Below are positions 13,551 to 26,619 of a DNA stretch of 64,000 nt, in pieces. Each line of letters begins with the position of its first letter. The stretch's first letter is position 1. A program made the translations under genes and the position numbers. The stretch is from Rhina ancylostomus (Eukaryota). The stretch spans positions 110,071,632-110,135,631 of the forward strand of contig JARFYF010000001.1 in NCBI GenBank assembly GCA_030265395.1, written 5' to 3'. The notes under the pieces were generated by a model. The model had not been told where the DNA came from. It was given only the letters and a program-made list of their open reading frames with translations, and did not search any database.

Positions 13551-13964
13551 TATTATCTGTAACCCTTTATTTCTTACCTCTCAGGATAGTTTCCTAAATC
13601 AGTCATTTTGCTGGTTTAGTTTTCATGGGTTTCAATGTTAGCTAACAGCTAGAAATTGATCCCCAGTTCATATAGAACTAAATGCACACTTCAGTAGCAA
13701 CAGTGCATGGTACCTTGCCTCCAAAGCTGATTCTATTGTGAACATTTAGTGCTCCTGACCATGGATGAATTCATTGACAATAGTGTGTTTTGAGAGGTTT
13801 AAAATACTTTCTAATGGTTGATATGAAGGCACCCATTGATCTTCCCTGTCCATTGTTATAGTAACCTCTTTGAAAAATGCAATTGATTTCTATAGGCATG
13901 ACCTACCATTTACTTTTTCTTGCCAGCTCTCTTATCAGCTGAAAAGTTTCAAGGTGTTCCATCA

Positions 13965-14100
13965 CTCTATCATTCTGATGAAGGGTCCTGGACTCAAAAT
14001 GTTAACTGTTTCTCTTTCTACAGATGCTGTCTGACCTACTGTATTTTTCCAGCATTTTTCTGGTTTTATTTAAAATTTCCAGTATCTGCAGTTGTTTTTT
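13965..14100 (+). mobile_element. Penelope-derived short element, degenerate hammerhead half
   Basis: ctgatgaagggtcctggactcaaaatgttaactg...acagatgctgtctgacct...ccagcatttt. Confidence 0.65.
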
Positions 14101-15934
14101 CTCTTACTCTATCATTCATGATTGACTGTGGTAACTTCTTGTGGATGTTATACATAACTTGTCTATAAGTTTCTAGTTTCCATATGTCATCCCTCTCAAA
14201 TAACTAACTACCATATACACTTTTCCAATCTTAAAGATCAATTCCATGTTGAGAGAACATTGGAAGATTGTTTATCGGGCTTCTGCAAAGTTCTCACCCA
14301 CTTCCTTTAAAACCCTGAATGGAAAAGCTAATCCTCGAGATTTTTCAATCATGGTGCCATCATTTTCTTCATTACTGAGATAGTGATAATTTCAGCCTCG
14401 ATTCAACATTATCTTGAAAGAGCATGTCTATCCTCTTTCTCTTCTGTAAATAATGATGCAATATGCCTGTCTTTTTTTTAACATTTTATCAGTTCTCAAG
14501 GGCCCCACATTGCTCCTGACCACCTTGTTCCCAACATATTTTAAGAAACATTGCAATGATTTTGCCATCTCTTGCAAACTTCTTTTCCCTCTAATATCAT
14601 TTTTTTATTTGTTTTCTATCCCTTTTCTTTTTGAATCTCTCCCAGTCACTAGGGTTGGTGCTATGCTTTGCACAATTGTATGCACCTTCTTACTTTATCA
14701 CTTATTTTTTTTCTGTTGTCCATGGCATCCATGTTTTTTTTCGGCAAGTAGAGTCCTTGCTTCCTAAAACTAGTTCTGTATCACATTACATTCTTTTCTG
14801 GTTAACTCCAGTTAATGGATTTGTTTTCACTTTGCCATGGACAGCCTCTGTCTCATGGTATTGAAGTCTGCCTTATCCAAATCTCAATACTTAATACTGC
14901 CTCAAATTGCTGCCTTTCAAAAGATCCATATAATCATCATTAGATAACTTCGTGCAATGTTGGCCTGTTAACAACATCTAAGTCTAATATGGTCTCATTC
15001 CTTGATGGTTTTGAGATACTTTACTATTTCAAGAAACATCCAAGAAATTCGCTACCTTTCTGACCTAAACTAGTAGGCTTACTTTAATCTAAATGAAAGC
15101 TAAAAGGCTAAATTTAAATCACTCTGCCTTTATGTATATTTGTCTAGTTTCTCCATTTGTATATGAGAAATCCCTTTGTAAATGTGTGACATTGCAATTA
15201 ATGGGTGCATTATGATGCCACAAAGGTAGGAGAATTTAATTACAGTATGAGAGGTTTACTGGACAGCTTATAGAAAACATAAGAGCTGGTAATGAAGAAC
15301 AGCAACCCTATTTTATTGAAGGGCATTGGAAAGCATATGCTAGCTATCCCTGGTACAAAGCTGAGAGATCCAATGTGAAGGACATACAGCTCCTCAACTC
15401 AGCATATTTATACTCCTCCCCTCTTTGCACAAAGTGCATTTTATTTCCATTACCTGCTCCAAAGTGGCTTTTGTGGCTGTTGGCAATGGGACCTATTCCT
15501 GTTCTTCTCCATATTTATCCTCTGTTCTCTCCACAGAGGCTGCTGGCCACCCTCTCCCTGCCTACCACACATAAATTACGGTTGAAAGATGGTCTGGCAA
15601 GTTGCCAATTTCTTGGATCTGTTTCTGTCCCCACTTGTGGGACCTACTTGGGCAAGGCATGTGACTTGACATACATCTCTTCATTCAGTGAGTTACCTGT
15701 GAGGGTGTAACCAGCTAGGCATCACATGCCTTGTAAGCTATTGAAGCCCAGTACTACATTTCTATTGATTTGGGGGTCTTTTCACTCTGATCACACTGTC
15801 AGGAGCTGAACTCAGGTCTAAACCAAAATGTAGCCCATACATTCCAACATTAACACTGAGTTAAAAGCTCACACTGAAATTAATGTAAGAATTTCAGAGT
15901 CTATATTGACATCAAAAGGAACTCCAACCTTACA

Positions 15935-16150
15935 CTAAAAAACTGTAGGTGCTGGAAATCTGAAACAAAACCAGAAAATGCTGCAAAACATTCAACAGGC
16001 CAGGCACCATCTGTGAAAAGAGAAACAGTTAATGTTTTCAAGTCAAGGAATCCAACAATGGATCTTCAACCTGAAACACAAACTCTTCTCTTTCCACTAA
16101 TGTCTAACCTGCTAAGTGTTTCCAGCAGTATCTGTTTTTATTTCAAACTA
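15935..16150. mobile_element. Older palindromic Penelope-derived short element
   Basis: actgtaggtgctggaaatctgaaacaaaaccagaaaatgctg...agagaaacagttaatgttttca, followed by the inverted arm ctgaaacacaaactc...ccagcagtatctgtttttatttca. Confidence 0.6.
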
Positions 16151-16544
16151 CCATTGTCTTGGTTACATGATGCTGCCAATACAACCATCACTGCAGCTCA
16201 TTCTTCCATTAAGTTCATGTGCCTGTGAGGAGTGATCAAAGAAACCAGAAGTTTAAATCATATTGCTGATTTCTTATTTTTGACTTGGTCAAACGCAACT
16301 TTCTCCTTTGGAACTTTCCTACCCTTGACTGCATGTCTCAAACACGAGTTTGTGCATATCTTTTTAAATTAGCTTGTAAAAATATTTCTGTTATTGACAT
16401 GAATATTTTCAAATGAACATATAATGAATTGTTGATTAACTTACAGACTTGTCTTCTCAACAAAATACATATAAATCTAAACTGTGCAAATCAATGTCTG
16501 TGATGGGATATACATTTGTTTTGACAAATAATTATACTAGGAAT

Positions 16545-17470
16545 AAAAATGTAAGAAACTGGAACAGAAGTAGGTCAAGTGACCGCCCTACCTTACTCTG
16601 CCATTCAATATGATCATAGATGATCTCCTGTTTGGCCTCAGTTTCACTTTCCTGCACAGTACTCATTATCCTTGATTTGCCAATTGTCCGAAATCTCTCT
16701 CAGCTTTGAATGTACGTAACAACTCACCATCAACTCCTCCCTTGCATAGAGTATTCCAATGATTCATAATCCTCTGAGAAAAGAAATCTCATCCTTAGGT
16801 AGTCGACTTCTTTTCCTGTGACTGTGTCCCTTAGGGGAAACATCATCTGCCTTCAGAATCATATGTTTCTAGAGATCACCAGCTTCTGCTTACTATTTCC
16901 CTGTAAGAAAGCCCTCCCATCTCAGGAATTAATACAGTGAAATTTCATTGCATTTCCTAAAAGACAAGTATATCCTTCCTTAAATAAGGACATCGTAATT
17001 GTTCATTGAGCTCTACGTGCAGTCTCCACAAACACCTGTAAAGTTACAGCGAGACATCCTTAATTTCATAGTCCATCTCCCTTGCAATCTTCTTGAGGGC
17101 ATTTGCAGACCGTCAATTAAATGTTGGCTCAGCCTGCGAAGTCCACATCCCTTGAATGATTAAATAAAACAAATAAAGGCCAGCACTTCATTGGCCTTCT
17201 TAATTACTTGCTGCACCTGCATTCTGATTTCCATGTACAAGGACGCCCAGATTTCTCTCAAAACCAACATTTAATATGTAGTACTACTTGAATAAGACAT
17301 TGCTTTTCTACTCCTTCTACCAAAGTGATAACCTCACATTTTCCCTTCTTACACTCCATCTGCCATCATTTTTCCCACTCATTTAACATATCCATATCCT
17401 CTCTATAGACACTTTGTGTCCTGTCAACTTACTTTCCCACCTGTCTTTGCATCCATTGTATGTTATTTGT
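16545..17470 (-). mobile_element. CR1 LINE 3' part, degraded
   Basis: taagaaactggaacagaagtaggtca...ccattcaatatgatcata (reverse of CR1 3' UTR), then RT C-terminal region (ataacctcacattttccc). Confidence 0.7.
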
Positions 17471-17804
17471 GGAAATATAAGGATTAGATTAAATCTTGGA
17501 TTACCAGAATATCTCAAAATGATGTGTGCATGCTATCAGGTTTTACTTGATCAGTTTCATCAAGACCCTACATCATCAACACCAGTGAAGGATAAAACAG
17601 AATCTTGATTACTGCACCAGTGTGTGGGAGTTAAGTAAATTGATGTTCTGAATGGTATATAGAGTAAATTGAAAAAGTAAAAGAAATCAAGGCATCTTGT
17701 GCCGCCATCACAAGACCAACATAATAATTATCAACATGTAACATTCTCCTCCTCTTAGTTCTTTAACTGCTCCACCTTCCTCTTTCTGGAAATTTCTCTG
17801 CTAT

Positions 17805-18280
17805 GTAAGAACATTAAATACAGAAGCAGGAGTAGGCCATTGTGCTCCTTGTGCCCGATGGGCCATTCAATAAGATCATGACTAATCTTTTATTTCAGCG
17901 CTACTTTCCTGTGCTAGCCCCATATCCCTTGATCCTCTAAAAGTCTAAACACCTATCTATGAATGTCCTGAATATACAGAGCAACTGAGGCCCCACAGCC
18001 TCTTAGAGAATTCCAAAGGTTCACTGATCTCTGAATGAAGAAACTTCTTCTCATCTTGGTCCTGTATGTCTGACCCCATATTTTGAGAATGTAGCTCTTG
18101 GTTCTAAACACCCCAGCCAAGGAAAACTTAATCTCTGCATCAACCCTGTAAAATTCCCTAAGAATTTTTTAGATTTCAATGAGCACCCATCATTCTTCTA
18201 AAGTAGAGAACATACAGACCCGGTTTGCTTAACCTTTCTTCATATGACAAAGCTGCCTTTCAGGATTCTATCTGGGAAAT
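17805..18280 (-). mobile_element. CR1 LINE 3' end fragment
   Basis: aagaacatt...gaagcaggagtaggccatt...ccattcaataagatcatg...gagaattccaaaggttcac. Confidence 0.7.
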
Positions 18281-19053
18281 ATCCCAAGATATTTCATATA
18301 GGGGAGGATTAATCAAGTGACCAAAAATGTGGTTGAAGTTAAAGAGTTTGGTGGGGGGGGAGGGGGGTGTGGAGTACCAAGGCAAAGAGATTTAAATAAG
18401 GTATTCCAGAACAAAGGACAGGATGGTTGAAACCTCCACACCAAAAGGCGAACTAAATTAATGGGAGGCATGTGAAGTAGGGCTGGGATCTGGGACTACA
18501 GGTAGGAATAACTCTCCTCTGAATTTATCTCCTTCTCTCTCCTCTTCAGGACAAACTCCTTGTTTCTGCTCTGTAGCTTGCCAATTAGCTCTGTGCAATT
18601 TTGGGAACTTCTGTGCCCAGAATAGTTTAATAGATTCTGTGTCTATTAAATCTTTGCTCCACACAATGGCACTCCATGCCAATGAGGAACAATGGATATT
18701 ACAATTCCATAATAATTATGTATATGATTTTTAAAGACCAGTCTGAAAATAATATAAAGATATTAACAAATCACTATTTGCATTGTAACAAAATAAAACT
18801 TAGAAGAAAGCTTCCTATAACTAAGGAGTCAACAAATAACAATTTAATAAAATTAAACAATAATATTGAGTAGAAAATCCAATGAAAATGCAACCATATC
18901 ATAACTGTCACATTGTCTTCATAATACTTTCATTTTTGAGAAAATCCAAAGCCATTTGTTGTAAGCCAGGGTTCAGCCTCTGTCACAGAGCAGTCCCCTC
19001 AATTCATGCCTCAGCAATGCACTCAATATGTATCCATTCTACCAATCACCAAC

Positions 19054-19476
19054 GATAAGATTTCTTTATTAGTCACATGTACATCGAAGCACACAGTGAA
19101 ATGCATCTTTTGCGTAGAGTGTTCTGGGGNNNNNNNNNNNNNNNNNNNNNNNNNNNNNNNNNNNNNNNNNNNNNNNNNNNNNNNNNNNNNNNNNNNNNNN
19201 NNNNNNNNNNNNNNNNNNNNNNNNNNNNNATGCATCTTTTGCGTAGAGTGTTCTGGGGGCAGCCCGCAAGTGTCGCCGCGCTTCTGGCGCCAACATAGCA
19301 TGCCCACAGCTTCCTAACCCGTACATCTTTTGGAAAGTGGGAGGAAACCAGAGGACCCAGAGGAAACCCACGCAGGCACAGGGAGAATGTACAAACACCT
19401 TACAGACAGCGGCCAGAATTGAACCTGGGTTGCTGGCACTGTAATAGCATTATGCTAACCGCTACACTACCGTGCC
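19054..19476 (-). mobile_element. Young tRNA-derived V-SINE (HE1-like), interrupted by an N-gap
   Basis: Minus strand starts ggcacggTAGTGTAGCGGtt (A box)...GGTTCAATTC (B box), then V-domain-like tttgtacattctccctgtgcctgcgtgggtttcctctgggtcctctggtttcctccca. CpGs retained. Tail aataaagaaatcttatc. Confidence 0.85.
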
Positions 19477-19645
19477 TGGCCAGTAAAGGTGTCAGTGATT
19501 GTCTAATGAGAGTAGAGAAGGGGTAAAGTATGTGTTTGTATACCCTCCCACCCCATCCTTCAAATCTCTCCAGTGCCAGCCTACCTGGTTGCCACCTGCT
19601 TCCCTCAGCAGCCAGAACTTCATCTGCTATATTGTTTACACTGCC

Positions 19646-19821
19646 GACACAAAAAGTGCTGGGGGAACTCAGCAGATCTGGCAGTATCCATGGAGAGATA
19701 TAAACAGTCAACCATTCAGGTCAAGGTCCTTCATCAGGACTGGAAAGGAAGAGGGCAGAGGCCAGCATAAGAAGGTTGGGGGAGGGGGAGGAGTGCAGGC
19801 TAGCAGGTGATAGGTCCAGGA
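19646..19821 (-). mobile_element. Penelope-derived short element with a 12-bp TSD
   Basis: Perfect gtttacactgcc at 19634-19645 and 19822-19833. Minus strand has cagtcCTGATGAaggaccttgacctgaatggttgactg (decayed hammerhead). Confidence 0.75.
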
Positions 19822-21763
19822 GTTTACACTGCCTGGCCATACCACAGCAAGGCCAGCAATGGTGGTTTATGTGTTGAGGCAGAATCCCAGTTGATACAAA
19901 CTTTAAATCATAACATTGTCAATTGACTTATTATTTATCTTTACAATTTACTGAATTAGAATAAAGAAACCTGAGGGACCAAAGTGTAGTGCCATGAGTT
20001 GAGGTCTCACAGCAGAGCTGGATTCTTCTTTCTTTATAATACCCTTCACCTATTTTTATCTTTATAAGAAGCTGTTGTCAGCACTGAATCAGAGGTGAAT
20101 AGAGAGTGTCATGACATAGGATTACCAGCATGACTGGATGCTAAATTAAATGTTTGAGATGAAAGAATGGAAAATGTGACATGCATTGATAGAATGCATT
20201 TACAGAATTCTAGAAAGATACCTTTGCAGATTAATGCAGACAAAAGGCACCTACACTAAACTGAATCATATTCGTAGAGCATGTTATTATACCCAGCAAA
20301 CCACCCAGGATTTAAAATGCTACACACTGTCCAATCAACTCCAATGGTGAAATAAAAGGCCAGGCAATGTGACTTACACTGTGTTACAAAGACAGTCTAT
20401 ACAGTGACAAAAGATCAAATATTATATCACACTATCTCCCAAGAGGGAAGTTCCAATCAGTCTAACGTTGCATGGGGCATCATTTTAATTACTTAAATGG
20501 AAGTTTTGATGGTTACAAAATGATTTGTTTTTGGTTTGTCGTTAATCCATGCAGCACTGAATTTCTCTGGCAACTTTAAAAAGGCATTGCAGTATCTCCA
20601 TTATGATTTGTATAAAATGTTATAATTAATGAACATTTCAACCCTCAGTGAGTAATCAATCTTATCTATATCTAAAATCAATCTATACAATTATATGATT
20701 CTGATGGTTATTAAGCTGTTTGTTTACAGATATTTCTTTAAAGTGGGTGGGATCTAGAGCCATCTTCTGAAGAAAGTCAATATGCAAAAGACAATATTTT
20801 ACATCTTAAAATATATCAATTACTATTTCATTTTATCAACATTTTAGGGCCTGCAAGTCTTGCCTACAGTGATGTCAAATGTGTTAGTCAGATCTGACTT
20901 CATAGTACATAAGCCAGCTAATATGCATAAATGATTATGTGCCTCAACACATACAGTAACGTGCATTTCGATAACACAGAGCAGTAAAACAAATAATTCA
21001 TTTCTAAATATTTAAAACAGAGCTTGGGCCAATTTGCAACCTGCTTTTATATGCAAAATAATCAAAAAGTAATTAAGATGCTGTAAATAGAATAGAAAAA
21101 TCAAAACTACTGCTTTATGAGGTTTTCCTAATAAACACAACAATTATGCATTCATTGCCATAATTAAAACAGTTTTGTCCGTTGGTCACATGCTGTTTGT
21201 GAAATAGTCACTAAAATACTGTTCATTTGCATCAGAGACATTTCTTGTTCCCTGTTCCTTACCTGAAAGTTTATTTAATGGTAACAATTAAATATTTCAT
21301 TGTCATGGTTCAATTAAATAGTTTGGCCTTAGAAAATTGGGGATTGTAAAGTGAGGACGGAACATGCTTTGATCCTCCTTCCAGGGTTATTGTTTCATTA
21401 ATAAATGAACATGTCATTTGTCTCACCAGAGGGAGCTCATGCCCTCCAGGCTTCTTCCTTTTTTGTTAGGGTTTTATAAAGATGAATTTCCAGTGCTCTA
21501 AAATACCATGGATTAGTAGTTAAGCTTGACAGCACTTCGGGGAGTAGTGGGCTTAAAGTGTCTCACACAGGTCTCCAAAGCACTTGTTTACTAATAGGGA
21601 AATCAACGGCCGTCTGCAGCTGCTGATACCACATTACCATTTAGAAAGACGGACACAGAGATAGCAATCCACACAGGTTTAATAATTATTACAATATCCA
21701 CATTTTTCTCATAACTGTAAAGCTGGTATTTTATGACTGAATCCAACATCTGGTAATAAGCAA

Positions 21764-22756
21764 TGCTTCTGACAAGATCATAAGTGTTTACAGCTGCAGT
21801 ATTTTGCCTAATCTGGATTTTAAAACATCATTATTGCAGTTAAATATTATATATCTTTGAGTGTGCTAGAAACTCCCAGCCCGTACATTACAAAATATTT
21901 TGCAATATATAAGAAACTGTCTCAGTATCAAAGTTCCAGGCATATTTAAAAATCCCACTGTTTTTTGGAGTGAGTGGGCCATTGAAGAAGGAGTAGCCAA
22001 ACCTAGCCCCTAGTTTGAAATGAGTTGGGTATCTTAGCCAGGGTGCTAAAATTAGCATCGATATTCCGAGTTCAGTTGAAGAAAAATTGGCCAAAATTTC
22101 TGCACTTGGTTGCTATCCACAAACTCCTGTTAGAAAATACAGGCATGTGGATGTTGGCTGGAAATGGATTGGATTTGGCTGTGGTGCCCATTGTGGTTCA
22201 AGTGCCTGCCAATGCTCACTGGGACAGACGGGAGAACTAAGTAACAGCAGCCTGTCCATGTTATGAAAGCAAAGAGGTCAAAGGCACTTTGAGTCTCAAT
22301 TAAATTGTATAGCTGAGTTAAGGGAACTAGAAGGGAGCCCAGGTATAGCATATTGGATTTAAGCCCTTCCAATATACAGACAGGCCTGGGTAAATGGTAG
22401 AGAGGATCATGGTGAGGGCTTCTAAGGAGGATNNNNNNNNNNNNNNNNNNNNNNNNNNNNNNNNNNNNNNNNNNNNNNNNNNNNNNNNNNNNNNNNNNNN
22501 NNNNNNNNNNNNNNNNNNNNNNNNNNNNNNNNTCTAAGGAGGATGCTTCTCTTCCTCCTAGTCTATAAAAAAAAGTGACAATGACACATTTGATACTGAG
22601 ACAGTTTCTTACATATTGCAAAGAAAAATTCCAGTTAACAGGGTGGGAGTTTCTAGCACACTCAAAGATATAAAATATTTAACTGCAATAATGATGTCTT
22701 AAAATCCAGATTAGGCAAAAAGATGCAGCTGCAAACACATGATGACATCAGAAGCA
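21764..22756. repeat. Long inverted repeat: ~170-bp arms around a ~655-bp spacer (MITE or DNA-transposon-like)
   Basis: 21764-21932 is a near reverse complement of 22589-22756, e.g. atctttgagtgtgctagaaactccca / tgggagtttctagcacactcaaagat and aagaaactgtctcagtatcaaa / tttgatactgagacagtttctt. Confidence 0.85.
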
Positions 22757-23479
22757 AAACACATGTACCAAATAGGTCTCTTCTTAAATTGCAATTGGAG
22801 TTACATTTTACATGAAACAAACTCAATATCCTTTGTGAAACAACCTTCAGCCCTAATCAAGCTGTTGGTTCAGCCATTCAGCACTGGGTGCTGTGAAGGG
22901 GGCAACCGTCCATTAGCAATGATAATGAGGCTGTAACGGTATAGATCTAGTTTGGATGATGTGACAGGCTTTGTCTGTCAATTTTGGACAGTTAAAGTAG
23001 ATCATGCTGTCTCTACTCTTACATGAAGAATGACACCTTGGGCAGGAGTACACCATCTCCTGAGCTGTTCCTTAATATGAATTAATAATTTTATGAGAAA
23101 ACTAGGAATTGGGAAGGATTAGGAAAAAATCTATATTTCATCACTGAAGAACATTTCTAATACCTTTGATGTTAATTATTGAACAGTTTTGATGATCAAT
23201 GATGATCTGAGAATTTTTCCTTAATATTTCCTGAACAATTGATCTACCATACTAAGAACTGCACATGTACAAATAAAGAATATTTTCTTAACAAGATCAT
23301 TTTCAGATTAAGTATTATTCATACACTGCTGGGAAGATAGAGACAGCATATTTCCATAATAATATTGCTTCCTAAAGTAGCAGAAATGCACTGCATGCCT
23401 TCATTGGAAATTTGTGGTCTGGTCTGAAACATGCAAAAAAATGGCAATATTAGAAATTTATATTTGAAGTGTCACTTTT

Positions 23480-23680
23480 TTTATTCATTTACAGGATGTG
23501 GGGATAAAGGCCAGCAATTATTACAACCCCCCGATTGTCCATGACCAAAGTGATGGTGATCCACCTTCTTGAACTACTTTAGTCCTTCTGGTGAAGGCAT
23601 TCCCACAATGCTCTTGGGTAAGTCATTCCAGGATTTGGAAGTACTGATAGACCAGAGATATATTTCCAAATCAAGAAAAG
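23480..23680. mobile_element. Old LINE (CR1/L2-class) terminal fragment
   Basis: ggatgtggg...ggccagcaatta...caccttcttgaactac...ttccaggatttg...atatatttccaaatcaag. A related piece occurs at ~34930-35015. Confidence 0.45.
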
Positions 23681-25494
23681 CCCCTTTGAAATTATTTTCT
23701 CCACCCTGGTGCAAAGGTGCTGAATCAGTTAATAGTGTAGTTCCAAGGGAGCTATGTGACTTGTACATTACTTCTGTTACCTGAGTACAGGACCTTCCTG
23801 TGTCAGTGCAGCAGAGTGTATTTGTCCACTGGGCATTTCAGGAAGTTCCTCATAGTGTTTTTTTTACACTAACGCCAATTGTTTACCTTTCATTCAAATA
23901 TTCTATTGAATTGATAGCTTCTGCACAATTAAATTTATATTAAGGAGACTTGTAAATAAATATATTTTATATTCCATCTATATAAATGCCCAGTTCAAAA
24001 TTTACAAACAGTTCAGCTTCATCTTAACAATCAAAGAAAGCCAGAAGATTACTGCTTTCAGTTGGTTGACCATCAATCCTTGTTCCATTGGGTGATTAAA
24101 GAGAGCTGGTAGTTAAAGCATTACATCAAAACTATCTTAATTGGTGCAAGGTTTAGCCCTTTCTATGCAGAGAGGGAAAAGGTGGAATAGCCTTTTCAAG
24201 TCACATGAAAGTTTCTGGGATGAATATGGCTAATTAGATTAATAAGTAGCTTAATTTATCAGAGCTGAGAATTTCAACAGCCACACACTGGAGTAAGAAA
24301 GATTAGTGTGATTTTAGTTTCTCCAGCTTGTACTAAAACTTCATTAAGCAAAGACAGAAAGCTTTTTTTTTGGCTTGGATTAGAAAAATGTTGAATAATC
24401 AGAAATGTCACTTTACTAGAATGAGGCTTATTAGGCAAAAGAAGGGAACACTTTATTGGGGCCTCTTGTGACATGGTTAGAATGTTTGGCACAAATGAGT
24501 CTAGATTACTGGGACTTCAAGGAATTCCAGTGTTGGTTCATGGGCAGACATAGAAGCCACTGCATTAAAAAAAATTCTTTTGCAATTCATTAATTTTTCT
24601 TCCTGCCCTATTGAAGACATAAGGATAACTATAGGGATGGTTTTACGCTATCCCACTCATCTCCCATCAGTTATAAGGATGGTTTTACCACTTCCCCCTA
24701 CCTCCCCTCACCCACCTAATTTTATTTCTTGTTTAATCAACAGTGACTAACAATGAACAAGTTGTAAAATACCAAGGTGCCAACCAATCATCTGGATTTT
24801 CCACCTGGCTATTTGGGTTAAAATGATTGACCAAGTGTTTGTGGATTATTCTATCTATGCCAGGTGTCCTCTGATGTTTTTTCCCAAGTGTGTGTTACAC
24901 ATCTATGAACCAGGTCAATGAGAAACTATTTAGCTAAATGAAGGGGGAGGAAGGGAAATCATTCCCACTCTTATTTTAATTCATAAGCACCATATTGTGA
25001 CAGAACTATGATCAAGGGATTCTCTTTCTTAATTCAGAGACAATGAAGCCAAATACAAATGATTCAAATTTTTACCCTGTTTAAAATTATGAAGTTCACC
25101 AGAAGCCTATTTTAGACCACCAAGTTCATAAAAAGTTGGAAACTGCATACAAAATTGATGGTAAGGTTGCTTAAACTGCCTTCTATTATGCTGCAGAATA
25201 CAAGTTTTCTTCATACTATTTTCTCACATTGAGACTCAACTGAAATTTAAAAAGTTAAACAGATGAAATAAAATTCCATGCAATTTTTAATTCAAGTAAA
25301 ATTGTAAATCATTTGGGGGAAACAACACCCGCCACATACAAATTTACACGTTCACAAATCTCTATTTCATCATTATAGAGACAGAGAGAAAGAAAGTGGT
25401 TTAAGAAAAAGAACGATTTTACCTGTTTACACTACAGTAGACTCATGTGTTTACAAGTTTGATATAGACGGACCATGAGAAGCATGTGGCCAAA

Positions 25495-25680
25495 CACCAG
25501 ATGTACCTCTGGTTTCAAATCCAGTGCAGACTATTAGGAGAGGATTAAAATCTCCTCAATACCTTGGTTAGGGTTACTGTGTGAGGTGTGATATTATTTC
25601 AACCCGGTTCTTAGGTGACTTATACCCACTGGAGAAAACTTCCTTAAATGTGGTGTGAAATTGGTCCTCTCTGATTCAGG
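25495..25680 (+). mobile_element. Ancient tRNA-SINE fragment (LF-SINE-like), copy 1
   Basis: ggtttcaaatcca (B box)...ggattaaaatctcctca...ctgtgtgaggtgtg...tcaacccggttctta, shared with 27095-27250. Confidence 0.4.
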
Positions 25681-26459
25681 ATCATTGGTATAGAAAGTGG
25701 AAAAAGACAGCATGCCGAACATAAGGGGTCATTTTCGGTGTGACCTACTGTTGTAGCAGAGTAGATGGAGCTTTACTTTTCATTTAATTGTTCACTATCT
25801 GATATGAAAGCACTTAATCTTGAGAACCTGAAAGGGAAAACATGCTTTCTACTATCTCTCATCCAGATGAACACAAAATTCATGCAAATAATAAAGGTTC
25901 AATAATTTGCATTTTTTTTCATTTGCTGAGATAGTTGTCAAGATATGTTAGCAGGGGCTGACTTTTCAAAATTCTTCTCACATCCTGGTGTTTCAGGACC
26001 ATTTGATGTGGATTTAATTTTAAAGCTAGATAAATCTACTGTAGTGGGTGGAAGAAGCCCTTGATGAAACTAAAATTATATCCCCATTAGAACATCCATG
26101 CATACATCCAATTGATACTAATTTTCTATTGAAGTATCTAACAGGTTATTGTCAGAATATTGGAAAATAGTCTTCAACTGTTTGAAGCAATGTTCCTGTG
26201 ACAGCTTACATGAATTGTCAATTTAATAAAGTAAGATATGTATTTATATAAACCCTTATTATGTATCACAGAATCATCTTAGGCACAATGGTTTGGAATG
26301 CATTGAAGGTAAACTTGGAAACTGTTTAACACACAACTGTTCAATGTTTGTGGTGGCTGTGGATGAACAAAAAATGTTCACCAACAAATCACGGAAAGTT
26401 TATCAAGTACTTTGAATAAAGCATGAAATGTTTAATCTCCTCCCAAACCACTGGAATGT

Positions 26460-26566
26460 TTGATATTATGAGGACTTAGAAGTATAGGAATTGGGATATT
26501 ATATTGCAGTTGTACAAGTCGTTGGTGTTACAGACTAGGTTACTATTGGTGAATGTCCCTTTATGA

Positions 26567-26619
<53 letters not shown>

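Larger units (their letters stand above)
11880..14990 (-). mobile_element. Long, heavily degraded CR1 LINE with nested insertions
   Basis: Reverse-strand CR1-like segments, e.g. ttcagcccattgaacc (3' UTR), cagtagtccaggtctaaccaggg, tcatcgataaacttggatatg (RT region). Boundaries approximate. Confidence 0.55.

Noticed and set aside
19400-19476. A and B boxes as a tRNA gene
   Set aside because: No complete cloverleaf, and the sequence continues into a V-SINE body.
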